Source: Macrostomum hystrix (Eukaryota; Animalia; Platyhelminthes). From it: 64,000 nucleotides of DNA. Shown here piece after piece: positions 1 to 10,734 of the stretch. Location of the stretch: the NCBI GenBank assembly GCA_950097015.1, contig CATNEN010000038.1, positions 20,584,001 through 20,648,000 of the forward strand, in the 5' to 3' direction. A program made the translations under genes and the position numbers. Below the pieces are notes generated by a model. The model had not been told where the DNA came from. It was given only the letters and a program-made list of their open reading frames with translations, and made no database searches. Positions within the stretch are counted from its first letter, which is position 1. The number at the start of each line of letters is the position of its first letter.

Positions 1-460
1 TTGTCACTTCTTATCCCAACTCAACTCTCAGCTATCACTTCTTATCCCAACTCAACTGTCAGCTGTCACTTCTTATCCCAACTCAACTGTCAGCTGTCAC
101 TTCTTATCCCAACTCAACTGTCAGTTGTCACTTCTTATCCCAACTCAACTATCAGTTGTCACTTCTTATCCCAACTCAACTCTCAGCTGTCACTTCTTAT
201 CACAACTCAACTGTCAGTTGTCACTTCTTATCCCAACTCAGCTCTCAGCTGTCACTTCTTAACACAACTCAACTGTCAGCTGTCACTTCTTATCACAACT
301 CAACTGTCAGTTGTCAATTCTTATCCCAACTCAACTGTCAGTTGTCACTTCTTAGCCCAACTCAACTGTCAGTTGTCACTTCTTCTGTTGTTATCGCTCA
401 TCTAATCTCCTTATCTGTCAGTTGTTATCCTTCATCCCATCTCCTCAACTGTCAGTTAAT
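1..460. repeat. 31-bp minisatellite in iGluR intron 3 (copy A)
   Basis: Unit ttgtcacttcttatcccaactcaactgtcag. Confidence 0.95.
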
Positions 461-538
461 TATCCAATTTCATCAGGCGAACTGTATCACAGGTAAGCAA
501 GTTATGATAGATAAAAACAGGATCGGCATAAAACTTAC

Positions 539-3055
539 AGATGGTGCAAAGGGCATCAGAAACAGTGAAGCGTAGGACCCGGCATTAAGCATGACATTCT
601 TGATAACGATTGACATTCCAGACGTTGAGACGGACACGGTGAAGTCGACGTACCTTTCGCGGTTGGCCGTGATCCTCAGCGGAGCCAGGGCTATGTCGGC
701 TTTCTGTTGGTCCAATTAGAAATGTGCTCAAGGTCATCTTCTTAGAATAGATACTTTCAACAATCGAAATTTAAATCTCATACACACAATCAAAATCCGA
801 ATCCCATCCCTTGGCAATCCGAATCCAAATCCCGTCGCTTGACAAACGCAATCCAAATCCCATCCCTTGACAAACCAAATCCAAATCCCATCCCTTGACA
901 AACCCAATCCAAATCCCACCCCTTGACAAACCCAATCCAAATCCCACCCCTTGACAATCTGAATCCAAATCCCATCCCTTGGCAATCCCAATCCAAATCC
1001 CGTCGCTTGACAAACCCAATCCAAATCCCATCCCTTGACAAACCAAATCCAAATCCCATCCCTTGACAAACCCAATCCAAATCCCACCCCTTGACAAACC
1101 CAATCCAAATCCCATCCCTTGACAATCTGAATCCAAATCCCATCCCTTGACAATCGCAATCTAAATACCATCCCTTGTCAACCCCAATCCAAATCTCATC
1201 AGTTGACAACCCCAATCCAAATCTCATCCCTTGACAATCCCAATCCAAATCTCATCAGTTGACAACCCCAATCCAAATCTCATCCCTTGACAATCCCAAT
1301 CCAAATCTCATTTGTCAATCGGAATAAAAAATGTATTTGTCGACAACCTCAATTAAAAATGTTTGTTTACAGCTTGAATTAGAATCTGAATTAGTCTTAT
1401 GCCGAATAATTAAATCCAGATCCCTTTTTCACCAATCGGAGACCAAATCTCTTCCCTTAAAAGTGTTTCATGCCCTTAATGTAATTTTTTATTTATCGAA
1501 AATTTGTGCAGTGCAATATTTAATTTTGCAAAGTTAAAATTCCCTCGAGACAACATTGTACTTTTATGGCTTGAGTACAGTTGTTGCAAATTCAAATAAA
1601 CTATGCGAACATATTTTGCTGAAAAGTTTCACTCGCACAACTCTTATCTCTCAATCATAATCCCAAGGTGGCGCATTGGGTACATGTAATGCAGTTAGTT
1701 AAGCTGTGCCAGCTGAAACTAGTAATCCAATAAAACCTACCCAGCGCCACAATAGTGGATATAACCAAATGACTATTCACAGTGGCGTGACTGTCATTAA
1801 CTAATTTAGAATGTATAGAATCTACTTATTTACGATTCAACGTATAAGGAAAAATCGATGACGATTCAAAGCCTCAGGACACTTTCAATGACGATTTACA
1901 ACCTAATGACACTTTCAATGACGATTCACAACTTTATGATACTTTCAATGACGATTTACAACCTAATGACACTTTCAATGACGATTCACAACTTTATGAT
2001 ACTTTCAATGACGATTTACAACCTAATGACACTTTCAATGACGATTCACAACTTTATGATACTTTCAATGACGATTTACAACCTAATGACACTTTCAATG
2101 ACGATTCACAACTTTATGATACTTTCAATGACGATTTACAACCTAATGACACTTTCAATGACGATTCACAACTTTATGATACTTTCAATGACGATTCACA
2201 ACTTTATGATACTTTCAATGACGATGTTTCACTGCTTCATGACACTTATTAATGGTGATTTACAACTTCAAACCCTAATCCTCAGTATTTTAGGTAAAAC
2301 TTACACCAGAGATAACATCGCCAATAAGGCCAACCCAGGTGCCGTCCGCTTTCTGCTGGCCATACTTATTGTCGGCAACAGTATAGAGATTATATTTAAA
2401 GTTGAGCTCTTTAGCCAACATCTGCAGTATATCAATATAGTAGCCGCGAAGCGAACCATTGTTGTCGTTGCCCTGACGAAAAGCGAACGGCACCTCCTGT
2501 CAAGAAGGTAAATAATAAGGTATGAGAAAATAAAATAGAATAAAAAGTTAATGTACAAATGCACAGAACGATTCTGCTAATTGTTGTTCAGTCCGTGGAC
2601 TGGGGGGTCACCACACCTCGACACCTGGAGGTCACCACACGTCCACACCTGGAGGAGGTCACCACACCTCCACATATGAGGAGGTCACCACACCTCCACA
2701 CCTGGGGGAGGTCACCACACCTCCACACCTGGGGGAAGTCACCACGCCTCCACACCTGGGGGAAGTCACCACACCTCCACACCTGGAGGTCACCACACCT
2801 CCACACCTGGGGGAGGTCACCACACCTCCACACCTGGGGGAGGTCACCACACTATCAAAATGGAAAATGGGAAAACTGTATTAGCAAGAATAAATCCTCA
2901 TTTCGCTAATGTATTATCAGCAAAAACTATAAACTCACCAAAATAGTGGCCACATTTAGGATTCTGCCACGCTGATTTAGTTCAGATCCGTCAGCCATGA
3001 CCGATGGAGCCGAAGTTCCTAGAACCAGCAGCAGCAGCATTGGTAGCGACGGCAT
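539..3055 (-). CDS. ATD-less ionotropic glutamate receptor-like gene, tandem copy A (partial; exons 4-7 lie left of the window)
   Basis: Exons 2939-3055, 2305-2496 and 539-703 appear identical to exons 1-3 of the complete copy at 4710-10734 (signal peptide, then S1 lobe: GYYIDIL...KYG...WVGLIGDV, KADIALAPLRITANRERYVDFT). Confidence 0.85.
790..1315. repeat. 28-bp minisatellite in iGluR intron 2 (copy B at 8461-8985)
   Basis: Unit caatccaaatcccatcccttgacaaacc. Confidence 0.95.
1858..2225. repeat. 30-bp minisatellite with strict A/B alternation (60-bp higher-order repeat) in iGluR intron 2 (copy B at 9529-9896)
   Basis: acgattcacaactttatgatactttcaatg alternates with acgatttacaacctaatgacactttcaatg. 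Confidence 0.95.
2604..2852. repeat. 27-bp minisatellite in iGluR intron 1 (copy B at 10275-10531)
   Basis: Unit gggggaggtcaccacacctccacacct, abutting a SINE-B fragment at 2583-2610. Confidence 0.95.
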
Positions 3056-3349
3056 TTGATGCAGTTGACGACGCTTGTGGGTAACTTGTTTATGGGTAAT
3101 AGATTGACTAGTTGAATAGGCTTTAGAAGTTTTATTATAATCTCTGAAAATATAACATCAGATTTAAAGAAAAGATTATAATATATACTATAATATGTAA
3201 TATTTTTACACATGTGTAATGTTTTACATATATTTTACAAATGTTTTTACATACGAAATACTCGTATGTAATATGTAATACGAACCGAAAGTTAGCACAG
3301 AGCGAGATTGACATGGAAAATGTGAGAGAGAGATAATATTTGAGAGAGG

Positions 3350-3710
3350 GTAGAGATAAGACAGCGGACAGATAAAGCAAGGGACAGATGAGATATGGTA
3401 GAGATAAACCGGTTGACATGAGACAGGGGACAGATAAGATATGGTAGAGATAAACCGGTTGACATGAGACAGGGGACAGATGAGATATGGTAGAGATAAA
3501 CCGGTTGACATGAGACAGGGGACAGATGAGATATGGTAGAGATAAACCGGTTGACATGAGACAGGGGACAGATGAGATATGGTAGAGATAAACCGGTTGA
3601 CATGAGACAGGGGACAGATAAGATATGGTAGAGATAAACCGGTTGACATGAGACAGGGGACAGATGAGATATGGTAGAGATAAACCGGTTGACATGAGAC
3701 AGGGGACAGA
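3350..3710. repeat. 46-bp minisatellite upstream of iGluR copy A (longer version at about 11030-11700)
   Basis: Unit gagatatggtagagataaaccggttgacatgagacaggggacagat. Confidence 0.95.
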
Positions 3711-4709
3711 TACTTTTTTATTTAACAAAAGTGAAGTGAGATGGGTTCCAGATGAGGGACAGAGAAATTAATAATATACATATTAATGGAAGATTAGATA
3801 GCGGACATCATGAGTGAGTGGGGAGGTGGGTGCCCAGGGGTAGAGAAAACTGCGATGTACACTGGCAGTTTAGACCCATTGGAACAGGAGTGGGGAGGTG
3901 GGTGCCATGGGGTAGAGAAAACTACCACGACGTACGTTGACTAATGCGCATTACTAACCGTGAACGAGTGGGGTGGTTGTCCATTAGGAGACAAAAATTA
4001 TGCTGGAAAGCATATAAAGACATCCTTAATTTTGGATGGACCAACCACTGTGAGTAATTAAATAACTTATGGAAGAACTCCTACAATTAATCAAATATAA
4101 AACACACATTCAGGCTAGTCATTAAACAAGTCAAGCTAAATCGAGAATGCAATTTAAAAAAGCTAGTTCATCGGGACGAAAAAAAGAATTACAAAATTGA
4201 CCGAAATAGGAAAAATGTTATAAAAAGTTCTTAAAAAATATAAATAAAGAATAGTTAATTAACAGCTTAGCACGAAAGCTAATGCACGCATGCGTTAACA
4301 CGACCACACAATAAATAAATATAATATATAGACTGCTAATTAAATGTTTTCAGCTCTATTCATATAAAAAATTAATACCAAAATGAAGGTGCAAAGCCTT
4401 CAGAAAAAGATGGCCGCCGAGATTTTTATTGAATAATAACAGCTAATAAGACGATTTGCGCCGCCGTTCATGATTATACTAATTATACTCCAAACATACT
4501 GACTTAAGTAGTATTATAACATTCTTAAAATGTAAGACTGCACTTTTAGAGTATAAAAACCGCCTAAAAAACAGACAAATAACGAGCCGTCACCGACTAG
4601 CTGATCTTGACTAAAAACAAATCTCACTTAAACCAACCATCAGTGATTTAGTTTGTTTTATCGTTCAATTCTTAGAAACAAATTCACTCAAACAAATCGC
4701 TAGATATTT

Positions 4710-7700
4710 TTAAACCAGAGGCTTCTTCTCAGCAGCAGCTGGTGTCTCCTCGGCGACAGCCGGCGCGGCTCCAGAACTCGACGGCCCGGCGGTAGAGGCG
4801 GCTGCCGGAGCGGCCGTAGCGGAGCCGGCGCTGGTAGGCAGTTTCAGCGTACCCTTAAGCAGCATCTCAACGGGCAGGACGGCCAGGGCCAGCAGGGCGC
4901 CAAACAGCACCAGGCCGTACAGACAGACAAAATCACCGGGCAGGAGGGCCATCGATTTGGCTTCGAAGCTCAGCTGTTGACTACAGTCCTGATTACGCGT
5001 CCACCAGGTGTCCTTGGTGCTGGTCATCTCACCGGATACCTTCAGCTTCAGGATGGCCTCGTTCAGGACGCAACGCAGAGAGTCGTCTGGAGGTGCGAGA
5101 CGGGTGACCAGTACAGCTGGGCGGGTTGCCATGGGAGAGGCGAAACAAATCCCACTAGAGGATGGGGAATGGGATCAGGAAAGAGGCTACCCCACTAGAG
5201 GATGTGGGAATGGGAGCAGGGGAAGGACACCCCACTAGAGGATGTGGGAATGGGAGCAGGGGAAAAGGCTAACCTACTAGAGGATGGGTAATGGGAGCAG
5301 GGGAAGGACACCCCACTAGAGGATGTGGGAATGGGAGCAGGGGAAAGGCTAACCTACTAGAGGATGGGGAATGGGAGCAGGGGAAGGACACTCCACTAGA
5401 GAATGTGGGAATGGGAGCAGGGGAAGAGGCTAACCCACTAGAGGATAGGGAATGGGAGCAGAGGAAGAGGCTACCCCACTAGAGGATGTGGGAATGGGAG
5501 CAGGGGAAAGGCTAACCTACTAGAGGATGGGGAATGGGAGCAGGGGAAGGACACTCCACTAGAGAATGTGGGAATGGGAGCAGGGGAAGAGGCTAACCCA
5601 CTAGAGGATAGGGAATGGGAGCAGAGGAAGAGGCTACCCCACTAGAGGATGTGGGAATGGGAGCAGGGGAAAAGGCTAACCTACTAGAGGATAGGGAATG
5701 GGAGCAGGGGAAGAGGCTACCCCACTAGAGGATGGGGAATGGGAGCAGGGGAAAAGGCTAACCCACTAGAGGATAGGGAATGGGAGCAGGGGAAGAGGCT
5801 ACCCCACTAGAGGATGGGGAATGGGAGCAGGGGAAAAGGCTAACCCACTAGAGGATGGGGAATGGGAGCAGGGGAAGAGGCTACCCCACTAGAGGATGGG
5901 GAATGGGAGCAGGGGAAAAGGCTAACCCACTAGAGGATGGGGAATGGGAGCAGGGGAAGAGGCTACCCCACTAGAGGATGGGGAATGGGAGCAGGGGAAG
6001 AGGCTAACCCACTAGAGGATGGGGAATGGGAGCAGGGGAAAAGGCTAACCTACTAGAGGATGGGGAATGGGAGCAGGGGAAGAGGCTACCCCACTAGAGG
6101 ATGGGGAATGGGAGCAGGGGAAGGACACCCCACTAGAGGATGTGGGAATGGGAGCAGGGGAAGAGGCTAACCCACTAGAGGATGGGGAATGGGAGCAGAG
6201 GAAGAGGCTACCCCACTAGAGGATGTGGGAATGGGAGCAGGGGAAGAGGCTAACCCACTAGAGGATGGGGAATGGGAGCAGGGGAAGAGGCTAACCCACT
6301 AGAGGATGTGGAATGGGAGCAGGGGAAGAGGCTAACCCACTAGAGGATGGGGAATGCGAGCAGAGGAAGAGGCTACCCCACTAGAGGATGTGGGAATGGG
6401 AGCAGGGGAAAAGGCTAACCTACTAGAGGATGGGGAATGGGAGCAGGGGAAGAGGCTACCCCACTAGAGGATGTGGGAATGGGAGCAGGGGAAAAGGCTA
6501 ACCTACTAGAGGATGGGGAATGGGAGCAGGGGAAGAGGCTACCCCACTAGAGTATGGGGAATGGGAGCAGGGGAAGAGGCTAACCCACTAGAGGATGGGG
6601 AATGGGAGCAGAGGAAGAGGCTAACACACAAGAGGATGGGGAATGGGGAACAATAAACTCACTCTTCCTGACAGCCAGGGCAAAGTCAAGAGTAGTGATG
6701 CCAGTAGCGGCAGCATACAGGTCGCAGTTGACGCTAGTGTAGTACTCGGCGGTCAGGCTCTCGGCTAGGAAGGCGTAGTTGCCGCGCTTGGCCCGGTTGA
6801 TGCCGTCAATGACCGAGTCGGCTAGGCTGTCGGGGTTATCCAGCAGGTACTTGTAGGCCTTCTGGAAGCTCGGCAGAGTGGAAGTCTGGAAGCGAAACAA
6901 TTTGTGTGACTAAGTCCACGGACTGAATAGCCGTACACATATTTAAAAACTCAGACCTGGAGCATGTTGTACGAAGCGGCGCCCTTGAGCACACCGTAGG
7001 GAATAGCGCTCTGCGAAACCAATTCGTCGAAGCTTTCAAATGGCGGCTGCATGCGTTTAACAGACATGCGATCGTTCAGTACGGGCACCATGTTGGCAAT
7101 GTAGCAGGACACCGTGACCAGGGTGAACAGCCACCAGACGCTGGCCAGGATGCGAATAGCGGGCGACTTGGGCGTCCTGGCGAAGCCTGCGGATCAGGTT
7201 TTGAAGTGACTTTCTTAGTCTAATAAAGCTTATCTGGAGATAAACAGTGATTGTCACTTGTCAAAACTGTCAAAAAATCGCTGCCAACCTTGCACAAAGA
7301 GTCCGCCAGTGACCAGCATCCAGCCAGAGCAGGCCGCCTTCTTTGACCGGCGCAGAATGGGATTCTGGGCCACCTGCGATTGGCCCTGCTCGTAGGGCGA
7401 CAGCAGCCACAGGGTGAAGGCCAGAGCCGTATAGATCACGTAGAACAGAATCACCAGAATCCACGTCTGTTATAGTTATAGTGGTCACAGTTGAAGGAAC
7501 AGGCGACCGTTCAGTTGCTTGTTATCCCACATTTTATCTTAGCTGTCAGTTGAGTTTCTTATCCCAACTCAACTGCCAGTTGTTATCCCACATCCAATCT
7601 TAGCTGTCAGTTGAGTTTCTTATCCCAACTCAACTGTCAGTTGTCACTTCTTATCCCAACTCAACTGTCAGTTGTCACTTCTTATCCCAACTCAACTCTC

Positions 7701-10700
7701 AGCTATCACTTCTTATCCCAACTCAACTGTCAGCTGTCACTTCTTATCCCAACTCAACTGTCAGCTGTCACTTCTTATCCCAACTCAACTGTCAGTTGTC
7801 ACTTCTTATCCCAACTCAACTATCAGTTGTCACTTCTTATCCCAACTCAACTCTCAGCTGTCACTTCTTATCACAACTCAACTGTCAGTTGTCACTTCTT
7901 ATCCCAACTCAGCTCTCAGCTGTCACTTCTTAACACAACTCAACTGTCAGCTGTCACTTCTTATCACAACTCAACTGTCAGTTGTCAATTCTTATCCCAA
8001 CTCAACTGTCAGTTGTCACTTCTTAGCCCAACTCAACTGTCAGTTGTCACTTCTTCTGTTGTTATCGCTCATCTAATCTCCTTATCTGTCAGTTGTTATC
8101 CTTCATCCCATCTCCTCAACTGTCAGTTAATTATCCAATTTCATCAGGCGAACTGTATCACAGGTAAGCAAGTTATGATAGATAAAAACAGGATCGGCAT
8201 AAAACTTACAGATGGTGCAAAGGGCATCAGAAACAGTGAAGCGTAGGACCCGGCATTAAGCATGACATTCTTGATAACGATTGACATTCCAGACGTTGAG
8301 ACGGACACGGTGAAGTCGACGTACCTTTCGCGGTTGGCCGTGATCCTCAGCGGAGCCAGGGCTATGTCGGCTTTCTGTTGGTCCAATTAGAAATGTGCTC
8401 AAGGTCATCTTCTTAGAATAGATACTTTCAACAATCGAAATTTAAATCTCATACACACAATCAAAATCCGAATCCCATCCCTTGGCAATCCGAATCCAAA
8501 TCCCGTCGCTTGACAAACGCAATCCAAATCCCATCCCTTGACAAACCAAATCCAAATCCCATCCCTTGACAAACCCAATCCAAATCCCACCCCTTGACAA
8601 ACCCAATCCAAATCCCACCCCTTGACAATCTGAATCCAAATCCCATCCCTTGGCAATCCCAATCCAAATCCCGTCGCTTGACAAACCCAATCCAAATCCC
8701 ATCCCTTGACAAACCAAATCCAAATCCCATCCCTTGACAAACCCAATCCAAATCCCACCCCTTGACAAACCCAATCCAAATCCCATCCCTTGACAATCTG
8801 AATCCAAATCCCATCCCTTGACAATCGCAATCTAAATACCATCCCTTGTCAACCCCAATCCAAATCTCATCAGTTGACAACCCCAATCCAAATCTCATCC
8901 CTTGACAATCCCAATCCAAATCTCATCAGTTGACAACCCCAATCCAAATCTCATCCCTTGACAATCCCAATCCAAATCTCATTTGTCAATCGGAATAAAA
9001 AATGTATTTGTCGACAACCTCAATTAAAAATGTTTGTTTACAGCTTGAATTAGAATCTGAATTAGTCTTATGCCGAATAATTAAATCCAGATCCCTTTTT
9101 CACCAATCGGAGACCAAATCTCTTCCCTTAAAAGTGTTTCATGCCCTTAATGTAATTTTTTATTTATCGAAAATTTGTGCAGTGCAATATTTAATTTTGC
9201 AAAGTTAAAATTCCCTCGAGACAACATTGTACTTTTATGGCTTGAGTACAGTTGTTGCAAATTCAAATAAACTATGCGAACATATTTTGCTGAAAAGTTT
9301 CACTCGCACAACTCTTATCTCTCAATCATAATCCCAAGGTGGCGCATTGGGTACATGTAATGCAGTTAGTTAAGCTGTGCCAGCTGAAACTAGTAATCCA
9401 ATAAAACCTACCCAGCGCCACAATAGTGGATATAACCAAATGACTATTCACAGTGGCGTGACTGTCATTAACTAATTTAGAATGTATAGAATCTACTTAT
9501 TTACGATTCAACGTATAAGGAAAAATCGATGACGATTCAAAGCCTCAGGACACTTTCAATGACGATTTACAACCTAATGACACTTTCAATGACGATTCAC
9601 AACTTTATGATACTTTCAATGACGATTTACAACCTAATGACACTTTCAATGACGATTCACAACTTTATGATACTTTCAATGACGATTTACAACCTAATGA
9701 CACTTTCAATGACGATTCACAACTTTATGATACTTTCAATGACGATTTACAACCTAATGACACTTTCAATGACGATTCACAACTTTATGATACTTTCAAT
9801 GACGATTTACAACCTAATGACACTTTCAATGACGATTCACAACTTTATGATACTTTCAATGACGATTCACAACTTTATGATACTTTCAATGACGATGTTT
9901 CACTGCTTCATGACACTTATTAATGGTGATTTACAACTTCAAACCCTAATCCTCAGTATTTTAGGTAAAACTTACACCAGAGATAACATCGCCAATAAGG
10001 CCAACCCAGGTGCCGTCCGCTTTCTGCTGGCCATACTTATTGTCGGCAACAGTATAGAGATTATATTTAAAGTTGAGCTCTTTAGCCAACATCTGCAGTA
10101 TATCAATATAGTAGCCGCGAAGCGAACCATTGTTGTCGTTGCCCTGACGAAAAGCGAACGGCACCTCCTGTCAAGAAGGTAAATAATAAGGTATGAGAAA
10201 ATAAAATAGAATAAAAAGTTAATGTACAAATGCACAGAACGATTCTGCTAATTGTTGTTCAGTCCGTGGACTGGGGGGTCACCACACCTCGACACCTGGA
10301 GGTCACCACACGTCCACACCTGGAGGAGGTCACCACACCTCCACACATGAGGAGGTCACCACACCTCCACACCTGGGGGAGGTCACCACACCTCCACACC
10401 TCCACACCTGGGGGAAGTCACCACACCTCCACACCTGGAGGTCACCACACCTCCACACCTGGGGGAGGTCACCACACCTCCACACCTGGGGGAGGTCACC
10501 ACACCTCCACACCTGGGGGAGGTCACCACACTATCAAAATGGAAAATGGGAAAACTGTATTAGCAAGAATAAATCCTCATTTCGCTAATGTATTATCAGC
10601 AAAAACTATAAACTCACCAAAATAGTGGCCACATTTAGGATTCTGCCACGCTGATTTAGTTCAGATCCGTCAGCCATGACCGATGGAGCCGAAGTTCCTA

Positions 10701-10734
10701 GAACCAGCAGCAGCAGCATTGGTAGCGACGGCAT
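4710..10734 (-). CDS. Ionotropic glutamate receptor-like subunit lacking the amino-terminal domain, about 493 aa, 7 exons (copy B)
   Basis: Phase-consistent GT-AG exons 10618-10734, 9976-10167, 8210-8374, 7289-7466, 6957-7186, 6663-6885, 4710-5086. Order: signal peptide MPSLPMLLLLVLGTSAPSVMA, S1, M1 (TWILVILFYV), M2 (GGLFVQG), M3 (RILASVWWLFTLVTVSCYIANMVPVL), S2 (YAFLAES, NCDL, LNEAILKLKVSG..WW..C), M4. Confidence 0.9.
5150..6650. repeat. 41-42-bp G-rich minisatellite filling iGluR intron 6
   Basis: Unit ccactagaggatggggaatgggagcaggggaagaggctaac spans nearly the whole 5087-6662 intron. Confidence 0.95.
7510..8130. repeat. 31-bp minisatellite in iGluR intron 3 (copy B)
   Basis: Same unit as 1-460, with degenerate edges. 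Confidence 0.95.

Larger units (their letters stand above)
1..3710. repeat. Tandem segmental duplication, left copy (matches about 7672-11400)
   Basis: The ORF track and sequence recur at offset 7671, then 7679 after a minisatellite length difference. Similarity ends inside the 46-bp array at about 3710. Confidence 0.95.

Noticed and set aside
4710-4830. Ribosomal P-protein-like Ala-rich tail on the iGluR
   Set aside because: Low-complexity similarity only; the acidic DDDMGFGLF terminus is absent.
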